In this document: positions 26,305 to 34,628 of the stretch, one piece after another
Numbering within the stretch: position 1 is the stretch's first letter
How the letters are laid out: each line of letters opens with the position of its first letter
From: a virus
Virus record (IMG/VR): IMGVR_UViG_3300028800_000002
Span: 64,001-128,000 of that record
Length of the DNA stretch: 64,000 bases
Direction: 5' to 3' (one strand)
Notes under the pieces: generated by a model
Told to the model about the DNA's origin: nothing
Databases searched by the model: none
Seen by the model: only the letters and a program-made list of their open reading frames with translations
Made by a program: the position numbers and the translations under genes

Positions 26305-29300
26305 ATGTCGTACCTGGATCCAGTCGAAGCCTTTGAACATTACCGGGATCGTTCTCTTGAAGCGATTCGAAGTCAGTTCCCAGTCGACGGGCGTAACCAA
26401 GTCTTGGAATTGGAGAAACTCGAGGTTCAGGACAACTTAGATCCTGACGATATTCGGAGCCAGCATCAAGCCAAGGTGAGCGGACAGACTTGGGGTGTGC
26501 CCGTTGTTGCTCATCTGATTTTGAGAGACAAGCTCACCGGTAAAGAAGTCCGTGCCAAGACTAGGATTGCCGATTTGCCTAAAGTCACCTGCCGGCACAG
26601 CCAGATAGTTTCGGGGCAAGAGTACCAGGTAGACAACCAGTGGCAGCTCAAGCCTGGCGCCTATGTGCGCCGTAAGCAGACTGGTCAAATAGAGACGCAG
26701 TTTCAGTCAACTAGGAAGCCATCCTTCAAAGTCACTTTTGACGATGAGTCGAAGGAATTCCGTGTTGAGTTCGGTACCAAGGCGCGCATTCCGTTGTACC
26801 CGCTGCTATCCACGCTGGGGGCATCCGACGCGGATTTGGAGAAGACTTGGGGCAAGGATATTCTTGCGGCCAACAAGGGTGCTCGTAACGTTGCGGGCGC
26901 CGTTGACAACTTTTACCGCACCACGCGTAGGGTAGACCCTCCGTCGCAAGCTGCTGCTATCAGCAATGTAACGCAGCACTTCAAGGACTTCGATTTGCGA
27001 CCTGACGCTACGGCAGTTACATTGGGTCGCCCAGCGGATCATGTAGACAGTGATGTTCTGCTGCGCGCCACCCGCAAAATGATTGATGTGCATGGTGGTG
27101 CTCCAGAGGATGATCGTGATTCTCTGATCTTCAAAGACCTGCGCAGCGTGGGGGATTTTTCCTTTGAAAAAATTCTCAAGGAAGGCCCTGCCATTCGCCG
27201 TAAGATGCAGCGCCAAATCAACGATGCGTCGTCGCCTAGGGATGTGGTTCGGCTCGAGGCCTTCAACAAACCCATCCGTGAGACCTTCTACAAGAATTCT
27301 GCCGCGCAGGTAGCCAAGCAGGTGAACCCTGTCGAGATGTTATCTGCTGCGCAGCAGACCACGGTTATGGGCCCTGGTGGAATTCAGTCGGAGAATGCCA
27401 TCCTAGACGAGGTGAAGTTCATCAATCCCTCGCACATGTGCTTCTTGGATCCTATACATACGCCTGAGGGAAGTAAGACTGGCATTACGCTGCGAATGCC
27501 CTTAGGTGTGCGTAAACATGGGATGGAGCCTCAGGTTCCTCTCTACAACACGCGTACAGGAACCACTGACTATGTGGGGCCTGCCACGTTCCTTCGTTCA
27601 CGCGTGGTGTTACCTGACCAAGTCGAGTGGCATGGAGATCACCCTGTGCAAAAGGGTCCCATGGTGAAGTGGTCAGCCCCTGGCAATGAGATTGCTGAGG
27701 GGCACTTGAAAGACGCCGACTACGTGATGCGTCATCCTTCGCAGTTCTTCAACGTCACGAGTAATCTCATTCCGTTTGTAGGCAATACATCAGGCGGCAG
27801 AGCCTCGATGGCCACTCGGCACATGGAGCAGGCCATTTCTCTTGAGCATAGGGAATCCCCCTTGGTTCAGGTGGGTACGGGACGAGACTGGCCTGGGGCC
27901 AGCACCTTTGAAGAGGTAGTTGGTACACAGGCCTCGCACCATGCCCCTGTGGCCGGCACCGTAAAGAAGGTCGGAACGGATGCCATTGTAGTTACCGACG
28001 AAGCAGGGCACGACCATGAAGTCCAGACGTATCGGAACTACCCGCTCAACGACGCGAAGTCCGTGCTGGATTCTACTGCGTTGGTCAAGCCTGGCGACCA
28101 CGTAAAGAAAGGGCAGGTGATTGCCGATACCAACTTCTCAAAGAACGGCGTCATCGCGCTGGGTACAAACTTGCGCGTGGCCTATATTCCATTCAAGGGC
28201 TACAACTTCGAAGACGGGGTCGTTGTTAGCGCTAGCGCTGCCAAGAAGTTGAGCAGCGTGCATTTGCACAAGCACAACTTGTCTGTTGACGACGACACCA
28301 TTCTGGCAAAAAGTCGTTTCCTTACGCAGCACATCGGTCTTTACAACAAAGACCAAGTCAGCATGATAGGAGACGATGGCGTTGTCCGTGTTGGCTCACG
28401 CGTGCAGCCAGGAGACCCGCTGATCTTGGCTATGAAGAAGACCACTGCCCAGGATCGCACTGGGTTGTCTGCCATCCGTAAGAGTCTGGGGGACCAGTTC
28501 TCGGATCAGTCATTGACTTGGCACGGGGAAGGTCCGGGAGAAGTTGTTGGATCTTTTCGGCACGGCGGCGAAGTAATTGTTCACGTCAAAGCCATTGAGC
28601 CCATGCAGGTGGGCGATAAGCTTGCAGGTCGTTACGGCAACAAGGGCATTGTCACCAAAGTGGTACCCGACGCGGAGATGCCACATACGAAGGATGGGGA
28701 CCCAATTGAGGTTGCACTCAACCCTTCAGGGGTGCCTGGTCGTATGAATCTTGGGCAGGTGTTCGAGACGGCAGCGAGCAAGATCGCGAAAAAGACTGGC
28801 AAGCCTTATGTAGTGAACAACTTCAACGGCTCTAACCAACTTGCCAAGTTGCAGAAGGAACTCAGCGCCCATGGCATTTCAGACACAGAAGTTCTCATTG
28901 ACCCAGTAACAGGGCACACGCTTGGACCAGCCATGGTCGGCTACCAGCACCTTATCAAGTTGCACCACCAGGTGGACAAGAAGGTCTCTGTGCGCTCTGG
29001 ACTCAATCTACCAGGGCAAGAGCCAGGTCGTTATGACATCAACATGCAGCCTTCCGGGGGCGGACACGCCGGCGGGCAGTCCATGGATCCGTTGGGTCTT
29101 TATGCGATGCTGGCGCACGGGGCCCGCGCCAATATCCGTGAGATGCAGACGTGGAAGAGCGAAGGCCCCGACATGTCGACTAGTCCCCAGAAGCAATGGC
29201 AGAGCCAGCATCATGATGTGTGGGATGCCATCCAGCATGGGGACGCGCTCCCAACACCCAAGCCCACCTTTGCCTTCAAGAAGTTTACAGATATGTTGAT

Positions 29301-32300
29301 TGGCGCTGGCATCAACATTGAAAAACGTGGGCATGAGCTTGTACTGTCCCCGTTGACGGATGCCCAGATCAAGAACCTCACGGGGGATCGTGTTCTGCCT
29401 AAGCCTGCCGAGCTGCTATACGCAAAGATCGACGCGAAAACTGGGGAGCCTCGCCCTAAGCCCGGTGGGCTCTTCGACGAGAAGCTCACTGGCGGGCATG
29501 GCGGCAAGAAGTGGAGTCGGATTGAATTGTCCGAGCCAGTTCCGAACCCAATTTTCGAGAGCTCGATCAAGGCCATTACTGGTTTGAGTTCGGATGCATA
29601 CATGTCACTAGTGGAGGGTCGTCGTGCAATTGACGCTGCCGGGCATGACGTTCCTGTTGGCAAGGGGCTGACTGGAGGAGCCGCGATTCAGCACTTGCTG
29701 TCGAATATCAACGTGGACTCCGCGTTGCGTGTAGCTAAGAAGGAGTTGAGCACGGTCCCCGCATCCAAGGTGGATTCTACGCTCAAGAAGGTCAAGCGTC
29801 TTCAAGCGCTGCAGCAGGCTGGAATGTCTCCAGCGGAGGCGTACGTGTTGCACAACCTCCCTGTGTTGCCTCCTGCAATGCGCCCGATCCCAGTATTACC
29901 TGATGGAAACTTCAGTGTTTCCGATATCAATGAGTTGTATTCCCAATTTGCCCAGGTGAATTCTCAATTGGGTGACCCAACGCTGATCCACAACCTGACA
30001 GAGGAGCAGAAAGTACCGTTACGTGCAGGCGTCTATGACGGCGTAAAGGCCCTGCAGGGTATCGGAGTCCCATATGCCGATGCTCAGTACAAAGGACTCA
30101 TTCATCAGATCCACGGGGCTCAGCCGAAGACTGGGTATTTCCAGAGCACGCTAATCAGCCGCAAGCAAGACCTCAGCATGCGGTCAACTATTGTCCCAGA
30201 GCCTTCCCTTTCTCTGGATGAGGTTGGGTTGCCGGCGGAGCATGCCATGAAGTTGTTTGCTCCGTTCGTTGTTGGGGAGTTGAAGAGGTCTGGCGTGTCG
30301 GCCACTGTTCTTGATGCGCAGAAGTTAGTTGCTAAAAACACGGTGTCCGCCCAGCGCGCATTGCGCACGGTAATGAAGGATCGCCCAGTGCTATTGAAGC
30401 GAGACCCAGCCCTGCACAAGTACAGCATCCAGGCGTTTCGCCCCAAAGTCGTTGAGGGAAATGCTGTCAAGATCCATCCCTTGGTTACTGGCGGTTACAA
30501 CGCGGACTTCGATGGGGATACTATGAGCGTGTTCGTGCCGATCAGCGATGAGGCAGTCGCAGAGGCTCGGAAGATGTTCCCCTCGAACAACTTGTTTAGT
30601 GAGGCCACAGGTAGTGCGATGTACCAACCTACGTTGGAATCTGCGCTGGGGTTGTACAAGCTTTCGCGTGTGAATGATGGCAAGGCTCATGATATGTCAC
30701 ACCCTGCAGCAGCGTTACTCGCGGTGCAGAGCGGCAAGATCAACGTCAATGACAAGGTAAAGATTGGCTCCCAAGTAACAACGCCAGGACGTATTCTAGT
30801 TTCCGCAGCACTACCTGAGCCCATGCAGAAGAGAATGCTTGAGGACTTGACTTTCAGCTTGGATAAGAAGGGGCTAGGCAAGCTCCTAACTCAAGTTGGT
30901 AAGGAGCATAGTAGCGACTACTCTGGTGTTGCTGATAAGCTCAAGGACATTGGGAATGGGGCCTCTAGCGGCGTTGTGACCGTGGAGCATGATGGGTTTG
31001 TTGGCGCTGACCGATTGGATCCTTCGAAGCGCATGTACATCCCTGTGGGTGTGCACACGCTAGGGTTGGAGGATTTGGCTCCTGATATTACTACAAGGGA
31101 ACGGGTACTAGGTCCTGCGCGTAAGAAGGTTGAGGCTATCGAGAATAACCCGCACATGCAGGGTGCACGGGGAGATCGAGAGATCGTCAAGATTTGGGCA
31201 GATGCCACTAGCGAAATGAAGCAGGAGCATTTATCGCGGCATGCGGGCACGCCAAACAACTTGATGACGATGCACTTGTCTGGCGTGAAGCCAGGTTGGG
31301 ATCAGTACAAACAGCTGACGTTGGCACCTATGCTTGTGAAGGATGCTTCGGGCAGGACCATTACGACCCCGATCATGCACAGCTACGCCGAAGGATTGGA
31401 TACCGGCGAGTATTGGACGCAGATGCATGGCGCTAGGCACGGAGCCGTAATGAAGGTGCAGGAGGTGCGTGAGCCAGGTTACCTCTCCAAGTTGATGATG
31501 GCCAACACCATGGATATGGTGGTCTCCGGGCACGACTGCCACACTGAGCGAGGGATTTCTCTCCCAGTAACTGAGGACAGCGTGCACGATAGGTTTCTCC
31601 AGAAAGATTTTTCGGCTAAGGGCATGCATGTGGAGGCAGGTACACTGCTTACGCCTGACATAGTCTCTAAGATGCGTTCAGCTGACAGGAACGCCAAGAT
31701 TGAAGTGCGCAGCCCGCTGAAGTGTGAGCATGCGAAAGGCGTCTGTCAGAAGTGCATGGGCATCGCGTCAACCGGGCAATTACATGGGGTAGGGGAGAAC
31801 GTCGGTGTTGTCTCTGCCCAGTCGCTCGGAGAGCGCGCTATGCAGTTGACGCTGCGCGTATTCCACACGGGAGGTTCCGTGGATGTAGGCGGCGGCTCTA
31901 AGGCGTTGGGAGGTTTTGACCGTTTCAACGAGCTGATGACACTCCCAAAGAAGCTACCCAATTCCGCCACGCTGGCGATGCGCACAGGCGTTATTGAGAA
32001 GGTAGAGAAAGATGCTACCGGTGTGAATGTCTTCATCGGCGGAAAGAAGCACCACATCGGAAAGGATGTCGGTGGGCAGCCGCTGTGGAAGACTGAGAGT
32101 GACGAGGTTCCTGTCGGATGGACTCCTCCGCATGCTGGGATGCGCGTAGATAAGGGTCAGTTGTTGAGCGATCCTCGACGCACGGTTGTCAATCCCCACG
32201 ATCTCTACAAGGCTACGGGCAGCATTGAGTCCGTACAGAATTACATGACGGATGCCATGTACCAGCTGTACAAGGACGAGGGGATCAAGCGCGGGCACAT

Positions 32301-32700
32301 TGAGACTGTAGTCAAGGCCATGAGCAACCTGACCAAGATCAGGGACCCAGGGGATTACGACGGTGTGCTGCGGGGAGAGTTCCAACCCACATCGGTGATT
32401 ACTGCGGTCAACCGAGAACTGGCGCGGCATGGCAAGCGTCTCATCGAGCACGAGCCGGAACTCAAAGGGGTAGAGATGATGCCCCTATCCTTGCAAGAGG
32501 ATTGGATGGCAAAAATGCAGCATGAGCATTTGAGGACTACCCTGCTCGATGCTGCGAATACAGGCGGTAGGTCGAACCTGCATGGTCTACACCCAATCCC
32601 AGGGATGGCCTATGGGGCTGAGTTCGGGTTGACTTCTGCCCACGCTAAGGGGAGATTGTCGCTATCTCATCTTCATGATGTTCCGGAGCATGCGTACTAA
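26305..32700 (+). CDS. rpoBC: single-chain multisubunit-type RNA polymerase, beta-beta' fusion (about 2131 aa)
   Basis: beta motifs GPGG, TPEG, GYNFED, GDKLAGRYGNKG, NPSGVPGRMNLGQ; beta' motifs LPVLPP, NADFDGD (30499-30519), HGAR...GYL, RSPLKC...CQKC, AQSLGE...RVFH; one uninterrupted frame; start ATG 26305 with GGAG SD. Confidence 0.95.
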   Translation: MSYLDPVEAFEHYRDRSLEAIRSQFPVDGRNQVLELEKLEVQDNLDPDDIRSQHQAKVSGQTWGVPVVAHLILRDKLTGKEVRAKTRIADLPKVTCRHSQIVSGQEYQVDNQWQLKPGAYVRRKQTGQIETQFQSTRKPSFKVTFDDESKEFRVEFGTKARIPLYPLLSTLGASDADLEKTWGKDILAANKGARNVAGAVDNFYRTTRRVDPPSQAAAISNVTQHFKDFDLRPDATAVTLGRPADHVDSDVLLRATRKMIDVHGGAPEDDRDSLIFKDLRSVGDFSFEKILKEGPAIRRKMQRQINDASSPRDVVRLEAFNKPIRETFYKNSAAQVAKQVNPVEMLSAAQQTTVMGPGGIQSENAILDEVKFINPSHMCFLDPIHTPEGSKTGITLRMPLGVRKHGMEPQVPLYNTRTGTTDYVGPATFLRSRVVLPDQVEWHGDHPVQKGPMVKWSAPGNEIAEGHLKDADYVMRHPSQFFNVTSNLIPFVGNTSGGRASMATRHMEQAISLEHRESPLVQVGTGRDWPGASTFEEVVGTQASHHAPVAGTVKKVGTDAIVVTDEAGHDHEVQTYRNYPLNDAKSVLDSTALVKPGDHVKKGQVIADTNFSKNGVIALGTNLRVAYIPFKGYNFEDGVVVSASAAKKLSSVHLHKHNLSVDDDTILAKSRFLTQHIGLYNKDQVSMIGDDGVVRVGSRVQPGDPLILAMKKTTAQDRTGLSAIRKSLGDQFSDQSLTWHGEGPGEVVGSFRHGGEVIVHVKAIEPMQVGDKLAGRYGNKGIVTKVVPDAEMPHTKDGDPIEVALNPSGVPGRMNLGQVFETAASKIAKKTGKPYVVNNFNGSNQLAKLQKELSAHGISDTEVLIDPVTGHTLGPAMVGYQHLIKLHHQVDKKVSVRSGLNLPGQEPGRYDINMQPSGGGHAGGQSMDPLGLYAMLAHGARANIREMQTWKSEGPDMSTSPQKQWQSQHHDVWDAIQHGDALPTPKPTFAFKKFTDMLIGAGINIEKRGHELVLSPLTDAQIKNLTGDRVLPKPAELLYAKIDAKTGEPRPKPGGLFDEKLTGGHGGKKWSRIELSEPVPNPIFESSIKAITGLSSDAYMSLVEGRRAIDAAGHDVPVGKGLTGGAAIQHLLSNINVDSALRVAKKELSTVPASKVDSTLKKVKRLQALQQAGMSPAEAYVLHNLPVLPPAMRPIPVLPDGNFSVSDINELYSQFAQVNSQLGDPTLIHNLTEEQKVPLRAGVYDGVKALQGIGVPYADAQYKGLIHQIHGAQPKTGYFQSTLISRKQDLSMRSTIVPEPSLSLDEVGLPAEHAMKLFAPFVVGELKRSGVSATVLDAQKLVAKNTVSAQRALRTVMKDRPVLLKRDPALHKYSIQAFRPKVVEGNAVKIHPLVTGGYNADFDGDTMSVFVPISDEAVAEARKMFPSNNLFSEATGSAMYQPTLESALGLYKLSRVNDGKAHDMSHPAAALLAVQSGKINVNDKVKIGSQVTTPGRILVSAALPEPMQKRMLEDLTFSLDKKGLGKLLTQVGKEHSSDYSGVADKLKDIGNGASSGVVTVEHDGFVGADRLDPSKRMYIPVGVHTLGLEDLAPDITTRERVLGPARKKVEAIENNPHMQGARGDREIVKIWADATSEMKQEHLSRHAGTPNNLMTMHLSGVKPGWDQYKQLTLAPMLVKDASGRTITTPIMHSYAEGLDTGEYWTQMHGARHGAVMKVQEVREPGYLSKLMMANTMDMVVSGHDCHTERGISLPVTEDSVHDRFLQKDFSAKGMHVEAGTLLTPDIVSKMRSADRNAKIEVRSPLKCEHAKGVCQKCMGIASTGQLHGVGENVGVVSAQSLGERAMQLTLRVFHTGGSVDVGGGSKALGGFDRFNELMTLPKKLPNSATLAMRTGVIEKVEKDATGVNVFIGGKKHHIGKDVGGQPLWKTESDEVPVGWTPPHAGMRVDKGQLLSDPRRTVVNPHDLYKATGSIESVQNYMTDAMYQLYKDEGIKRGHIETVVKAMSNLTKIRDPGDYDGVLRGEFQPTSVITAVNRELARHGKRLIEHEPELKGVEMMPLSLQEDWMAKMQHEHLRTTLLDAANTGGRSNLHGLHPIPGMAYGAEFGLTSAHAKGRLSLSHLHDVPEHAY

Positions 32701-33971
32701 TGCCTAGGCAAGGTCTCAAGGAAGCACGCGGTGCTCGTAAGCAGAACACCGAATTCCGATCCTCCATGACGCAGCCGGAGGGGCTGGGAAAGACGGACAT
32801 CTTCCTTGGCCGCGTAGTGAACGTTGATGTGGTGAATTACACCGTCGACGTGTTTAGCCAGTTCGACCAGATGCGCTGTTTTCAGATTGCGGTGGGCTCG
32901 CCTTACCTGCACTCGAACCGTGGTGATGGTATGACCTGCATGCCAGAGGTAGGTTCCAAGTGCGCTGTGTGCTGGCCAGGGGACAGCTCGCCTCCATTCG
33001 TGTTTGCATTTGTGATGCCGCACGAGACTATTCCTATGGCGTCTTACCCGGATGCCCCCGATGGCACAACCAGCCATGGCAGTAGCAATCAGGCGGCCAC
33101 CGCGGCGAGCTTCGCTGGCGGCAGGCCAGTGGCCAAACCCGGTGACATGTTCATGCGTGGACGTGATGGGAATTTTGTTGTACTGCACCGCGGAGGGGTG
33201 CTGCAGATTGGTAGCAATGAGCTTTCTCAGCGCATTTACGTGCCACTCAACAACTTGGTGATGGACTTTGCCGAGAATTACGCGATGCACACGGCGGGGG
33301 GTTCCATCAAGTGGGGTATCCAAGAGGGGGAGGGGATTACAACATTACCCACTGAGTACAAGCAAGCACTGCGCGTGTATGCAAACGATAAGTACGCTGA
33401 CATCCGCATCGCTGCTGGAAGGGTGCATGACCCAGTCCCAGAAACGGATTCAGATGCCATAATGGATCAGGAGCTAATAGGTATTGGTAAGGCGGAGCCT
33501 ATTGTCTACGAGATGACTTTGGCCAGAGGGGGGTTCAATGGGGAGGATGGATCCCTATTGCCCAGCACTGGCTCGCTTGTGCAATTGAGGTTCTCCTTCG
33601 ACCGCAGTGGTAACGCTTTTCTCAAGATGGGAGGTAACGTTGGCATTTTATGCCAGAAGCGCTTGCATTTGAGGGTCAAAAAGGAACTAGAGATTTTCGC
33701 AGACAGTACTTTCGACATGACGGTGAAAAAGGATGCCCGCATTACCGTTGGCGGCACATTGGCCATAACAGCCACCGTTCTTAGGATCAATGGCGGGAAG
33801 AGCCCAATGGCCACTGTAGGTAGTGGAGTCACCGTTACACTGCCACCTACGCTGCTGATGGCGATACCAGGCCCCCCTGGTTTTGCTCCCATTAGCGCGG
33901 TACCTACAATGATGATTGCCACAGGTTCGGTCACTAGCGGTGATCCAACTGTGCTTGGGAATGGTGCCTGA
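32700..33971 (+). CDS. baseplate central spike (gp5/GpV-like)
   Basis: N-terminal OB-fold pattern LGRVVNVD...TVDV...MPEVGSKCAVCW; beta-helix-like strands (LHLRVKKELEIFADSTFDMTVKKDARITVGG); PAAR-like end ATGSVTSGDPTVLG. Confidence 0.7.
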   Translation: MPRQGLKEARGARKQNTEFRSSMTQPEGLGKTDIFLGRVVNVDVVNYTVDVFSQFDQMRCFQIAVGSPYLHSNRGDGMTCMPEVGSKCAVCWPGDSSPPFVFAFVMPHETIPMASYPDAPDGTTSHGSSNQAATAASFAGGRPVAKPGDMFMRGRDGNFVVLHRGGVLQIGSNELSQRIYVPLNNLVMDFAENYAMHTAGGSIKWGIQEGEGITTLPTEYKQALRVYANDKYADIRIAAGRVHDPVPETDSDAIMDQELIGIGKAEPIVYEMTLARGGFNGEDGSLLPSTGSLVQLRFSFDRSGNAFLKMGGNVGILCQKRLHLRVKKELEIFADSTFDMTVKKDARITVGGTLAITATVLRINGGKSPMATVGSGVTVTLPPTLLMAIPGPPGFAPISAVPTMMIATGSVTSGDPTVLGNGA

Positions 33972-33973
33972 TC

Positions 33974-34618
33974 GTGCCGCTAAATGATGTCGGAAGTTAC
34001 ACTTTGGGCGAGGTCAACATCGCGCTGTTAGCTGGAGTTGGGCTGTTGAATCCGCTGTTGTTGCAGCTGGACTTGTTCATCACTGGGCAGTTTGGATTAG
34101 GCCCTTTCCTAGCGGATATCCAAGTACAGTTCAACGCTGCCATCGCGCTGCAGCTCCAACTTAGCTTCAGTATATCGAGTCCATTCCTTGCAATTCAGGC
34201 CACCATCACAGCGCTGGCTAACCTCCAGGCATCCTTGGCGTTAGCTCTGGCAATGGGGCTCCCTGTGGTGTCGCTGCAGATAAGCGCGCAGATTGCTGCG
34301 ATGGCTTCCTTGCAGGCCACACTTGCATTCAAGCTTGGGGGCATCAGAGCGCTACTGGCCGCGGGCCTAGCAGTGAAGATACCAGCTCTTCGGTTTGTAG
34401 CTCAAATGAATGCTGCATTGTCGGCGGGCCCCGTGCATGTACTGTCATTCACAGGGGATATGCTGGCTGTGACCGGAGCCGAGATTGCGGCGGCCTTTGC
34501 ATCCGGGCTCGGGCCCAATGATCCAATTTTACCGACAGAACAAGTGAGCGGGGTTATCATCCTGACCAAGGACCCTGCTGTTTTTGCCGCCTTGGGCGGT
34601 ATCATCAAAGTCAATTAG
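33974..34618 (+). CDS. very hydrophobic helical protein downstream of the spike
   Basis: Leu/Ala/Ile/Gln-rich with very few charged residues over 214 aa. Confidence 0.65.
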   Translation: MPLNDVGSYTLGEVNIALLAGVGLLNPLLLQLDLFITGQFGLGPFLADIQVQFNAAIALQLQLSFSISSPFLAIQATITALANLQASLALALAMGLPVVSLQISAQIAAMASLQATLAFKLGGIRALLAAGLAVKIPALRFVAQMNAALSAGPVHVLSFTGDMLAVTGAEIAAAFASGLGPNDPILPTEQVSGVIILTKDPAVFAALGGIIKVN

Positions 34619-34628
34619 GAGCCAGCGC

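Noticed and set aside
26305-32700. RNAP as a host chromosomal rpoBC (Helicobacter/Wolbachia-type fusion) or a misassembled host fragment
   Set aside because: No ribosomal protein or other host genes nearby, stop codon overlaps a phage spike gene, and the sequence is far more divergent than any cellular enzyme would tolerate at several motifs
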